Below, piece after piece: positions 41,760 to 53,470 of a stretch of 64,000 bases of DNA (the first letter of the stretch is position 1; each line of letters opens with the position of its first letter). Origin of the DNA: the human T2T-CHM13v2.0 reference genome, Homo sapiens; the NCBI RefSeq assembly GCF_009914755.1, contig NC_060933.1; one strand, written 5' to 3'. The notes below the pieces were generated by a model, which saw only the letters and a list, made by a program, of their open reading frames with translations, made no database searches and was not told the DNA's origin. A program made the translations under genes and the position numbers.

Positions 41760-42346
41760 TTTTTTTTTCCTTCCAACTTCTATTTGAGATTCTAGGTATA
41801 CACCTGCAGGTCTGTTACACGGGTAAACTGCATGTCACGGAGGCTTGGTGTACAGATTATTTCATCACCCAGGCACTGCGCATTGTACCGACAGGTGGTT
41901 TTTTTTTGTTTGTTTGTTTGTTTTTTCTGAGATGGAGTCTTGCTCTGTCACCCAGGCTGGAGTGCAGTGGCACGATCTCGGCTCACTGCAACCTCTGCCC
42001 CCTTGGTTCAAGCAATTCTCTGCCTCAGCCTCCCGAGTAGCTGGGATTACAGGCACCCTTCACCAAACCTGGCTAAATTTTTTTGTGTATTTGTAGTAAA
42101 GACGGGGTTTCACTATCTTGGCCAGGCTGGTCTTGAACTCCTGACCTCGTGTTCCACCTGCCTTGGCCTCCCAAAGTGCTGAGATGACAGACGTGAGCCA
42201 CTGCACCCAGCCAACAGGTGGTTTTTCTATGCTGACGCTCCTCCCACCTCCGCCCTCAAGCGGGCCGGTGTCCATGTGTCCATCTGTACTCAATGTTTAG
42301 CTCCCACTTACAAGCGAGAACATGTAGTATTTGGTTTTCTGTTCCC
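41760..42346 (-). mobile_element. L1PA (old primate, about PA13-16) 3' end interrupted by an Alu
   Basis: GCAGGTCTGTTACACGGGTAAACTGCATGTC...TTTCATCACCCAGG and TTTAGCTCCCACTTACAAGCGAGAACATGTAGTATTTGGTTTTCTGTTCC. Confidence 0.85.
41899..42212 (-). mobile_element. AluS
   Basis: Full dimer with (TTTG)n tail; TSD ACAGGTGGTTTTT. Confidence 0.95.
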
Positions 42347-42427
42347 ATGTTCCATCACTTGGACAGGAGTCTCAATAAACACAGCCTCCTCAAGAGAGGC
42401 CTTCCCTGGCCACTTTCCCAAAACTAG

Positions 42428-43350
42428 TCACCCCTCTCCCACGTGTCACACGCCCCTCCCATCCACCTCACACCCCTCTCCCATGTGTCACACCCCCCTC
42501 CCACCCGCCTCACACCCCTCTCCCACCCGTGTCACACCCCCTCCCGTCCGCCCCACACCCCTCTCCCACCCGTGTCACGCCCCCTCCCCCAACTCACACC
42601 CGTCTCCCACGTGTCACACCCCCCTCCTGTCCGCCTCACACCCCTCTCCCACTTGTCACACCTCCTTCCATCCACCTCACACCCCTCTCCCACGTGTCAC
42701 ACCCCCCTCCTGTCAGCCTCACACCCCTCTCCCACCTGTGTCACACCCCCTCACCCCACCTCACACCCCTCTCCCACCCGTGTCACACCCCCTCCCGTCT
42801 GCCTCACACCCCTCTCCCACGTGTCACACCCCCTGCCCCCACCTCACACCAATCTCCCACCCGTGTCACACCCCCTCCCCCCACCTCACACCCCTCTCCC
42901 ACGTGTCACACCCCTCTCCCGTCTGCCTCACACCCCTCTCCCACCTGTGTCACACCCCTCTCCCGCCCATGTCACACTCAACTCGCGCCCGCATCACACC
43001 CCTCTCGCGCCTGCGTAAAGCCCCTCTCCCACCCGCATCACACCTCTCTCCCACCCGCCTCACAGCCCTCTCCCGCCCCCCTCACACCTCTCTCCCATCC
43101 ACATCACACCCCTCTCGCGCCTGCATCACGCCCCTCTCCCGCCTGCCTCACACCCCTCTCCAGCCCACATCACACCCCTCTCCAGCCCACATCACACCCC
43201 TCTCCAGCCCGCCTCACACCCCTCTCCCATCCGCCTCACACCCCTCTCCCGCCCGCCTCCCACCCCTCTCCCACCCGCGTCACACCCCTCTCCCTTCTGC
43301 CTCACACCCCTCTCCTGCCCACCTCATAGCCCTCTCCCACCCTCATAGCC
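42428..43350. repeat. C-rich minisatellite (~22-bp monomer / ~43-bp dimer, core TCACACCCCTCTCCC)
   Basis: CCTCACACCCCTCTCCCAC(C/G)(C)GTGTCACACCCC repeats. Confidence 0.96.
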
Positions 43351-44103
43351 CTTCTCACTCTGGTTTTCATGCCATCTTATTCCAGGTCCTCTGCAGAGGA
43401 GACACCAAGTGGGATTAAATGTGCAAGGAGACTTTTGAATGGAGGGATGCACCCACACCTGAGTGGCAGCAGAGAGGCCAGGAAGGCTGGTGAGCATGAG
43501 ACCTTGACGAACACGGGGAGGCCAGGCGGAGGCCCCTGGGCCCTGGGAGGCTGCGGAAGGTCTGCAGGGCTATCTGGATGACCATCAGCAGGGTCCCAGC
43601 ATCCCAGGCACGGGCCTGCTTTGGTGTCCCGGCCACACGGGGAACACCTGTGACGTGGGATCTCAGCCTGGCCCTCTGCAGCTGGAGGTGCATGAGCCAA
43701 GTCCTGTGAGCCATGGACAGATGCTCTCCACACTGGAATGTCCCCTGTCCCAAACATTGCCCAGCCCGGAACCCAGAGGTTCACCGGCATGCAGCAGACG
43801 CTTCACTGATGGCTGAGTGGGGTGTGTGCTAAGGGGCAAAAACAGCTGCAAGCCCCCCACCCCACATGCTGTGTGCACACCCCTTTACATCTTTCCATAT
43901 AACTCAGAGACTCCATCGGGGAGTAGACCATCTTTCTCCACCCCTTGACAGGAGCCTGGCCTTGCGACCTGCAGTGCCACAGAGGCTGGAGAAGCAGGGC
44001 AGAGGGGATCACCCCCTACCAGGCCATGGTGGCAGGTAACTCGCAGTGGGGCTCACCAAGCGCAGGCACAGGAGAGAGGCCTCTCTTCCTCATACACTCA
44101 CAT

Positions 44104-44263
44104 GAAGCAGAAGTGCAGGGCATCCTGGCACTGTTCTTACAACTATGTTCTAATTTCCTCTCTTCTGTTCTCGCTCCGTGAGCCCCTCTGCAAGTGCCTC
44201 TGCCAGCATGGCCTGCTGGGGCACGATCCTCTCTGCCTGCTGTTCCCATGACCAGGATGATTC
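44104..44263 (+). repeat. Inverted duplication 2, left arm (pairs with 45285-45434)
   Basis: CTCTGCCTGCTGTTCCCATGACCAGGATGATTC and GCTCCGTGAGCCCCTCTGCAAGT match the reverse complement of the right arm exactly; about 80% overall by eye. Confidence 0.92.
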
Positions 44264-45000
44264 CTGGAGCTCCAGTTGGAGCATCCAGTCGGAGGTGGGC
44301 GGCAGACAGGGGGCAGCAGGGACAAGGCCACACATGGGCCTGGGAGGCCCCAGGCAGGGACCTGCTTTGCACAAAGCTTTGGGCACTGCTGTGCTTCTTA
44401 GGGCACCACCTCTGACTGCGTCCCGGGGCTGGCTCCCCCTTGCTTGCAGGAAGCCTGTGACTCCTGCACGTGAAGGTGCTGGGGCTCTGGAAGGTGACAC
44501 CAGCCCGGTCATTCCCATCTCTCCAGCTGACATCAAGCCCAGCACCAAACAAGGGAGGGAGACCATCTAGAACTTCCAAGCCACCGGCTGACCAGAGAGA
44601 CTGCCACCAGCTGAGACCAGGGAAGCTGTCACCTGATCCAACAAGCATCGGCTAAATAAGATAGCTGGTGTTTTAGGCCACCCAGGTGCAAGGAGTTTTA
44701 TACAGCCAAAGCTAGGGAGCCCAGACTGCTCTTCCTCAGGTCCCTATGGGCACTGCAGGCCGAGGCTGAATGCAAGAGCCCGGTCCCCCCAGAGATGCAG
44801 ACGCAGCATCCCCCACACCTCCAGGACAGGGTGTGGGCTCCAGGTTCTGCTGCTGTCTGCCTCCGTCAAGTACACACATGAGGAATTCCACAGGACAACA
44901 CGGATATGCTTCCATTCATCACCCAGCTAGTTCCCCAAACTGGAAAAAGATGGTGCTGTGCGTTTTTATTTCCCTACTTCCCAAAAAAAGTGAAGGAGAA

Positions 45001-45283
45001 GGCCGAGCAAGGTGGCTCACGCCTGTAATTCCAGCACTTTGAAGGCAGAGGCAGAAGGATCACTTGAGGACAGGAGTTTGAGAACAGCCTGGGCAACATG
45101 GCGAAACCCCATCTCTATAAAAATCAAAAATTAGCCAGGCGTGGTGGCGTGCACCTGTAATCCCAGCTACTTGGGAGGCCGAGGGGGCGGATCGCTGGAG
45201 CCCAGGTGGTCGAAGCTGCAGTGAGCTGAGATGATGCCACTGCATTCCAGCCTGGGCAACAGAGTGAGACCCAGAAGCAAAGA
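45001..45283 (+). mobile_element. AluJ with abnormal/short tail
   Basis: GGCCGAGCAAGGTGGCTCACGCC ... GAGTGAGACCCAGAAGCAAAGAA. Confidence 0.9.
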
Positions 45284-45284
45284 A

Positions 45285-45434
45285 GAATCATCCTGGTCAT
45301 GGGAACAGCAGGCAGAGGATCCCCAGGCCATGCTAGCGGGGGACTTGCAGAGGGGCTCACGGAGCACGCACACAAGAGAGGCAATCAGAACACAGTTGCG
45401 AGAACAGCACCAGGGTGCCCTGCACTCCAGCTTC
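45285..45434 (-). repeat. Inverted duplication 2, right arm
   Basis: GAATCATCCTGGTCATGGGAACAGCAGGCAGAG...CCCTGCACTCCAGCTTC. Confidence 0.92.
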
Positions 45435-46004
45435 CTCCCTCACCCCCACGGCTGTGGGGCAGACACAGACACAGAGACACACACATCTCCAGCATTGCTA
45501 AAACATAACTCATTGTTAACACGGACACGATAATGATGCCTAGTGCGCAGCAAATACTCAAGATGTCCCAATTCTCCAAAATTGTCCTTTCCAGCCACAT
45601 ATACGTATATAGGATCCAAAAGTCCCAGATAAACACACATTGCAGGCATTGACAGGGCTCTCCGGTGCCTCTTACACCAGATGAGCTCTTTTCCTTTAGT
45701 GACACCACTGGCTTCCAGGGTCTGGCCAGCTGTCCAGCAGGATGCAGCATAACCCGGACTGGCCCAGCATGAAATTCGGGTGTGGTGTTTTGTGCAGCAA
45801 CACTCACAGGAGACGCTGTCCTCCGCCTGTCACAGCAGGGGACATGTCAGCTGTCCCTCCCAGGTGATGCTACATCCAGTCATGGGGGAAGGACTGTCGC
45901 CAGCTGCTCCTGCGTAAGCCCCCCTCCCCTTTGTAACTGGTGGTCCTAGGAGCGTGAATATCCTGTTCCCCAACAGCCCTTAACTCAATGGCTTTGGCAC
46001 CCGA

Positions 46005-46429
46005 GTTAGTTGCCTGTGGCTGCTGTAACAGATTACCACAAACAACACAGGTGTGTTCTCTCCCTAGACCAGAAGTCTAAAATGGGTCACACCGGGCCGA
46101 GATTGGTGTCGGCAGGGCTGCATTCCTTCTACCTGTGTTCCTGGGTACATGTGTGGCCCTTTCCTCCGTTTCCAAACCCCATCCCTCCAAGCTCCGCGTC
46201 CATCACTGCATCCCCTCCTCAGGCTCTGACCCTCCTGCCTCCCTCTTAAAAGGACCCTGAAGATCACCAGGGCCCACCTGGATAATCCAGGGTGGCCTCC
46301 CCATCTCCAGGTCCCTCACTTAGCCACATTTGCAAAGCCCCTCTTGCCATACAAGGGGACCTGTGATTACAGGTTCTGGGGCTTAGGACAGGCACCTGCC
46401 TTGGGGATGCTATTCAGCCGACTTCAACA
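46005..46429 (-). mobile_element. MLT1 (C/D-type) LTR
   Basis: GGCTGCTGTAACAGATTACCACAAAC ... GGGCCCACCTGGATAATCCAGG ... GCTATTCAGCCGACTTCAACA. Confidence 0.8.
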
Positions 46430-47319
46430 TCCGCTGCTGATCTTCACCTGAATGTGTTCATTCCAGGGGGAGTGCACAAATGGGGACTTTCAAACCCATC
46501 GCCTCTCCCACGTTGGCTGGATTGTTCTAAGAGGAAGTGCTCCCTCCTTCTAGGGCTGCCATGGACTATACTGTTCATCCAGTGCTCTTCATCCTATGTC
46601 TCAAATTTGGCCACCAGAGCCCCTTCCACCTGGCCTTTTTGGCCTGTTGAGGCATCCCCGTCTGTCCTCAAGTGCGTCCGCCCTCCTGGCGCGACGCGAT
46701 CCATACTCTGGCTCATCCTGTGCCCACCTCCACCCAGATCTGGACTTAGGCCCCATCGTGCCGCACAGCTTTGGAAACCACCCATGTGCCTGTGTGCTTG
46801 GGTAGCACCAATGTTAGCTCCTTTCAGTGGTTAGAGACAGAAAATGGATTTTTTTGAATTATGAGTTATTGCTGCCGCTTCCGGTCCAAGCACAAACCCC
46901 CAGGAACCCTCTTTGTCTCCCGTTCCACATCCCTATCTCCCACCTCCCAGCGAGAGAAAGAGTCCTGGTTCCGAGGAGGACCACCAAGCTGCTGGGGGTG
47001 ACCAGCCCTTAATCCACAGACAGTGGTTTCAGACGACCACAGCAGCGCTGCTGCTGCGACAAAACCGGCCTGCGACGCGGAGCTGTGGGTCCCCACAGCC
47101 AGAGGCCCCTTCGAAAGCCGCTTCCATTCTTGTTTCCATCTGGTGTTGCTGTCAATTGTTTAAGGTTCGTTGATTTCTGTTTGAATTCAATGTTCAATTT
47201 TTTGTGTTTGTCAATTTAATTCTATTTCTGAACGTGTAAACATTTACGTGTTTCAAAAGTCAACACATATGTAAAGGATTCTCTGACTTCTCACTCCACC
47301 CACTCCTCCCACCTGGTGG

Positions 47320-49735
47320 TTATTTATGTGTGTGTGTAGTTTCTGTATGTAGTTTACATGTGTGTGTAGCTCGTGTGTATGGTTTATATTGTGTGTACAG
47401 TTTGTGTGTGTGGTTTATGTGCATGTGTACACTTTGCATATGTAGTTTATATGTGTGTAGTCTGTGTGTTTAGTTTATGTGTGTATAGTTTGCATGTGTA
47501 GTTTATATGTGTGTAGTTTATGTGTGTATACTTTGTGTGTGTGGTTTATATGTGTGTGTGTAGTTTGTGTGTGTATGATTTATATGAATGGGTAGTTTGT
47601 GTGTGAAGTTTATGTGTGTGTAGTTTGTGTGTGTGGTTTATATGGGTGTGTATAGTTTGCATAGTTTGTATGTGTGTGTATAGTTTCTGTGTGCAGTTTA
47701 TGTGTGTGTAGTTTGTGTGTGTGGTTTATATGTGTGTGTAGTTTGTGTGTGTATCGTTTATATGAATGTGTAGTTTCTGAAGTTTATGTGTGTGTAGTTT
47801 GTGTGTGTGGTTTATATGTGTGTGTAGAGTTTGTGTGTGTAGTTTGTGTGTGGTTTATATGTGTGTGTAGAGTTTGTGTGTGTAGTTTGTGTGTGATTTA
47901 TGTGTGTGTAGTTTATGTATGTGTAGATTGTGTGTGTGGTTTATATGTGTGTGTATAGTTTCTGTGTGTAGTTTATGTATGTGTAGTTTGTGTGTGTGGT
48001 TTATATGTGTATCATTTCTGTGTGTAGTTTACATGTGTGTACTTTGTATGTGGGGTTTATACGTGTGTGTACAGTTTGCATGTGTAGTTTATGTGTGTGT
48101 ACTTTGTGTGTGTGATTTATATGTGTGTGTATAGTTTGTGTGTGCGGTTTACATGTGTGTACTTTGTGTGTGTGGTTTGTGTGTGTGGTTTATATGTGTG
48201 TATAGTTTGTGTGTGTAGTTTATGAAAGTGTACTTTGTGTGTGTGGTTTACATGTGCGTGTAGTTTGTGTGTGTAGTTTATGTGTTTGTGTATAGTTTGT
48301 GTATGTGGTTTATATGTGTGTGTGGTTCGTGTGTACTTTATGTGTGTGTACTTTGTGTGTGTGGTTTATTTGTGTGTGTATAGTTTGTGTGTGCAGTTTA
48401 CATGTGTATACTTTGTGTGTGATTTATATGTGTGTATAGTTTGTGTGTGCAGTTTACATGTGTGTACTTTGTGTGTGTGGTTTATATGTGTGTATAATTT
48501 GTGTGTGTAGTTTATGAATGTGTACTTTGAGTGTGTGATTTATATGTGCATGTAGTTTGTGTGTGTAGTTTATGTGTTTGTGTATAGTTTGTGTATGTGG
48601 TTTGTATGTGTGTGTGGTTTGTGTGTAGTTTATGTGTGTGCACTTTGTGTGTGTATAGTTTGTGCAGTTTACAAGTGTGTACTTTGCGTGTGTGGTTTAT
48701 ATGTGTATGTAGTTTGTGTGTGTAGTTTATGTGTTTGTGTATAGTTTGTGTATGTGGTTTATATGTGTGTGTGTAGTTTGTGTATAGTTTATGTGTGTGT
48801 ACTTTGTGTGTGTGGTTTATATGTATGTGTATGGTTTGTGTGTGTACTTTGTGTGTGTGGTTTATATGTATGTGTATGGTTTGTGTGTGTACTTTGTGTG
48901 TGTGGTTTATATGTGTGTGTGGTTTGTGTGTATAGTTTGGGTGTACTTTGTGTGTGTTTTTATATGTGTGAACAGTTTGTGTGTATAGTTTGTGTGTGTG
49001 GTTTGTGTGGTTTATGTGTGTGTGTGGTTTATGTGTGTAGTTTGTGTGTGAATAGTTTGTGTATCATTTATATGTATGTGTAGTTGCATGTATGATTTGT
49101 GTGTATAGGTTGTGTGTGTAGTTCATGTGTGTGTAATTTACATATGCATGTGTAGTGTGTCTGCCTGTGTGATTTCTGTGTGTACTTTATATATGCCTGT
49201 GTAGTGAAGGAATGTGTGATTTTTGTGTGTATAGTTGACGTGTGTGGTGTGTGTGCATGTATATGATTTGTGTGTGTGTGGTTTACATGTGCGTGTATGG
49301 TGTGTGCCGTGATTTGTGTGTGTGTGGATTATGTGTGTGTATGATGTGTGTGATATGTGTGTGTGTGGTTTATGTGTGTATGTGGTGTGTGTGATTTGTG
49401 TGTGTGGTCTCCATGTGCATGTGTGGTGTGTCTGATGTGTGTGGTTTGTGTGTGCGATTTAAGTGTGTGTGTAGTGTGTGTGATTTGTATGTGGTTTACA
49501 TGTGCGTGTATGGTGCATGTGGTGTGTGATTGTGTGTGGTTTACATGTGCATGTGTGGTGTATCTGATGTGTGTGATTTGTGTGTGTGGTTTACTTGTGT
49601 GTGGTGTGTGATTGTGTGTGTGGTTTACATGTGCATGTGTGGTGTGTCTGATGTGTGTGATTTGTGTGTGTGGCTTACGTGTGTGTGTGATTTGTGTGTG
49701 TGGTTTGCATGTGCATGTGTGGTGTGTGTGTGTGT
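47320..49735. repeat. 2.4-kb TG-rich minisatellite (GTGTGTAGTTT / GTGTGGTTTAT units)
   Basis: (TG)n runs punctuated by AGTTT, GGTTT, ACTTT; unit type shifts after about 49200. Confidence 0.98.
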
Positions 49736-49899
49736 CCCCTTACACCCCCTTCTCACCCACCTGCAGACGCCCTCGGCGCTGCACCTGCCACAATGAGCAG
49801 CCTGTCTGTACTCCCGTGCTCTGACTCCCTGAGTTCTCCCCAGTCCCCCCAGGTCCCCTAGGCTCCCCAGGCTCCCCACGGCCACATGATGCCCCACGC

Positions 49900-50350
49900 T
49901 GTGGCTGTTCCCATTTGCACAGCCCTGCCTGGTGAATGAGCACTCAGGTCATTCCCAGTGTCTCGCTGTGACAAATGAGGTTGTGCTGCATCCCTCAAGC
50001 ATGCACTGTTCCCTATTTGCAGAGGTGTCACCTCGGGGGAAATTCCTAGAAATGGAATCGCTGGGTCAAGGAGCAAAGCCAGTGTAATTTTGTTAGCTAC
50101 TGCCACCTTCCGCTCCCTCGGGTGAAGGACAGTTTCCCTCCTAGTGTCTGAGGGAGCCAGTTTCCCACGGCCTCCTCCACTGCAGTCGCGCTTTTGAATC
50201 GCTGCCAGTCTGATATGTGAGAAACTGCATCTCTGCATAGCTTGTATTTGCATTTCTTTACTACGAGCCTCTTTCCCTATATTTCAGAGCCATTTGTTAT
50301 CTTGTTCTACACACTCTGTCCATGGATTTTTACCTACTTCTCTGTAGAGT
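49900..50350 (-). mobile_element. Old L1M fragment
   Basis: AAATTCCTAGAAATGGAATCGCTGGGTCAAGG, TGCCAGTCTGATATGTGAGAAA, TATTTGCATTTCTTT. Confidence 0.75.
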
Positions 50351-51204
50351 TTCTGGGGTTTTCCCATTGGCTTGAGTGAGCCACGCACACAGGGAGCCAG
50401 AGGCAAAGGGGACGTGAGACCTGCCCACGGGAGGATCAAGGAGGCGACTGCCCCACAGATGGCCTGGGGAAGCCCACCCAGCTGGGAGACAGTGGGCACG
50501 TCACCTTGGCTCTGGAAGCAGTGGGAAAAGCAGAAAAAGGTCACCCCAGGAAATTCCAGTCACAAGCCCACCTCAGGGGCAGTGTGGCCAGAACTCATGC
50601 TCACTGGATGACTGGAAAAACCCCAGGCCAAAAATTTAGTTTGAGGGAGTCCTGGCAACCCAAGCTTCTGGGAGAAGCAAAGGCAAAACCTTTCCAGAGA
50701 AAGGCGTTGGAAACTTGGACCTCAGAGAATCCTCGCAGACGGGGGTCCGGGGAACGCAGCCTTGCCACCTTACAAGTTACCCACACGCAGGAGAAAATCT
50801 GCCCTCCCCAGGACAGGAGCCCCCCGCAACGGCGTCTGGGAAACGTCAGGTCCACTCTGCCAGCCACAAGGCCCCTGGAAGCAGCGTGGCCTGGGTGCAA
50901 AGCAGCCGACACCTCACCCGCGCCCCTGGGCCTCCTGAGGAAAGAAAGCCCCAGGTCCCCAGAGTGCCTGTGCGGCCCCTCATCTTCCTGCATGACAGCC
51001 CCTTTGGCTGTGACCTGGGGGAGAGAAATTGAATCCCATCATTTGGGACTTTCACTTAAAACTCAAAGTTCTGAGCTTTGGCTTTTAAATGGTGAGGGCA
51101 AGAAAATGCATTTTCACTTTAAAGTCTAGCAACTGTAATTGGCAAGGGCGTTTGACCTACAGACTTATTCGATCAAGTAATACAGGAATGGAAGAGCCCC
51201 CCAC

Positions 51205-51990
51205 GTTTGGGCCACTGTGTGTCACAGTCTTGCTGTCGCCACGGCAGTGCTGCAATGTCGTGTGACTGTGCAGTGGACACCGCTTGGGGCCGCCATGTGT
51301 CACAGTCTTGCCGTCGCCACGGCAGAGCTGCAATGTTGTGTGACTGTGCAGTGGACACCGCTTGGGGCCGCCATGTGTCACAGTCTTGCCGTCGCCACGG
51401 CAGTGCTGCAATGTCGCGTGACTGTGCAGTGGACACCGCTTGGGGCCGCCATGTGTCACAGTCTTGCCGTCGCCACGGCAGAGCTGCAATGTCGCGTGAC
51501 TGTGCAGTGGACACCGCTTGGGGCCGCCATGTGTCAGAGTCTTGCCGTCGCCACGGCAGTGCTGCAATGTCGCGTGACTGTGCAGTGGACACGGCTTGGG
51601 GCCGCCATGTGTCACAGTCTTGCCGTCACCACGGCAGTGCTGCAATGTCGTGTGACTGTGCAGTGGACACCTCTTGGGGCTGCCATGTGTCACAGTCTTG
51701 CCATTGCCACGGCAGTGCTGCAATGTCACGTGACTGTGCAGTGGACACCGCGTGGGGCCGCCATGTGTCACAGTCTTGCCACAGCAGTGCTGCAATGTCG
51801 CGTGACTGTGCAGTGGACACCGCTTGGGGCCGCCATGTGTCACAGTCTTGCCACGGCAGTGCTGCAATGTCGTGTGACTGTGCAGTGGACACCGCGTGGG
51901 GCCGCCGTGTGTCACAGTCTTGCCGTCACCACGGCGGAGCTGCAATGTCACGTGACCATGCAGCTGGACACCGCATGACTGTGCAGCTGG
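51205..51990. repeat. 78-bp CpG-rich VNTR, about 10 copies (two copies 72 bp)
   Basis: Unit CCGCCATGTGTCACAGTCTTGCCGTCGCCACGGCAGTGCTGCAATGTCGCGTGACTGTGCAGTGGACACCGCTTGGGG; period 78 (51291 to 51369). Confidence 0.97.
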
Positions 51991-52070
51991 ATACCACGTG
52001 GACGGCGGGTGGGAGGCATGAGTTCCAGCTTTGGCACAAAGGAGCTTTGCGTCAGTTTCATTAATCCTGG

Positions 52071-52800
52071 TGTAACCGCCCAGTGTGTTCACCTCGCCGG
52101 CTGCCTAGACACAGCCGATTTATCAAGACAGGGGAATTGCAAGGGAGGAGTAACTCATGCAGAGCCAGCTGTGGGGAGACCAGAGTTTTATTATTACTCA
52201 AAAGGGTCTCCCCGAGCATTTGGGGGTCAGAGTTTTTAAAGATAATTTAGCAGGTAGGGGCTCAGGAAGTGGGGAATGCTGGTTGGTCCGTTTGGAGATG
52301 GACTCATAGGGGGTCAAAGTGAGTTTTTCTTGCTGTCTTCTGTTCCTGGGTGGGATGGCGGAACTGGTTGAGCCAGATGACTGGTCTAGGTGGTGTCAGC
52401 TGATCCATGAGTGCGGGGTCTGCAGAATATCCCCAGCACTGATCTCAGGTTTTACAATAGTGAGGTGATCCCCAGAAGCAATTTGGGGAGGTTCAGACTC
52501 TCACAGCCGGAGGCCACAAGACCCCTAAACCATAATTTCTAATCTTGCAGCTAATTTGTTAGTCCTACAAAGGCCGAATGGTCCTCAGGCAAGAAGGGGG
52601 TCTATTCGGGAAAGGGCTGTTACCAATTTTGTTTCAGAGTCAAACCATGAACTGAATTCCTTCCCAAAGTTAGTTCGGCCTACGCCCAGGATTGAATAAG
52701 GACAGCTTAAATTAGGTTAGAAGGAATATGGAGTCGGTTAGGTCTGATTTCTTTCACTGTCATCATTTCCTCAGTTATAATTTTTGCAAAGGCAGTTTCA
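52071..52800 (-). mobile_element. LTR8-family solo LTR (ERV1)
   Basis: Reverse strand starts TGAAACTGCCTTTGCAAAAATTATAACTGAGG...CTAACCGACTCCAT; AATAAA near 52190; ends GGGCGGTTACA. Confidence 0.88.
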
Positions 52801-53107
52801 TGGGGGGTAAACCCAAACGGCCCCCTGCAGTCCTGGGAGTGGCTTCATGAAGGGGACCCCGACAGCTCTCCTCTCCCTAGGGGCGGCCCCCCAGCTCACC
52901 ACAAGTGTGACCACGAGGCCCTTGGGTAGGGCAACAAAAGGCCGGGGAAGGTGGGGGTGTCCTCCCCAACTCCCGAGCCTCCTTCCACGTGGAGAAAACT
53001 GACTTCTCCGACCCCTGCCTCTCTCCCACCATTTGTCACCCACCCCCACGCAGGGAGGGGTTGGCAAATCCAGGCGGGTTCTGCAGGGCAGGCTGAGCTC
53101 ACTCTCC

Positions 53108-53122
53108 GCTGCCACCTGCAGG
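53108..53122 (-). promoter_or_regulatory. Candidate CTCF core motif
   Basis: Reverse strand CCTGCAGGTGGCAGC matches consensus CCASYAGRKGGCRS with one tolerated substitution; motif only. Confidence 0.3.
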
Positions 53123-53470
53123 GGTGGCCTGCTCTGCTGAACAGGTGGGGGCTCCCTGGAGGCTGGCCTGGGCTGCGCCTTTGGGCAGGTGGCCCCTCCA
53201 CTCTGGGGTTCAGGGAAGGCCCCCTTGGCCTTCACTCTGAGCCACGTCCTCCCACCAGCCTCCATTGGGAATAACGGGCAGCCTGGCATCACAGCATCTG
53301 TGGGCCCCTCCTCTGGGCTAAAGTATTACAAATGATGTTTCATAACTGCGTTGGTAGAAAGATGACTATAGCCCAGGCTGCACTGTGTTTATTCTGATTT
53401 TAGAAGGCATTAAACCACTTTCCTGACCCCTAAAAGTCTCTTGGGCCCTGGCACTAAGCCTGCTACACCC

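Noticed and set aside
42276-43418. 380-aa mucin-like Pro/Ser/His/Thr ORF
   Set aside because: All three + frames are open because the C-rich unit lacks stops; it starts inside an L1 3' end and has no signal peptide.
51205-51990. Palindromic regular repeat as a CRISPR array or tRNA cluster
   Set aside because: Units are head-to-tail with no unique spacers and no cas genes, in a primate context; no Pol III A/B boxes or T-loop GTTC.
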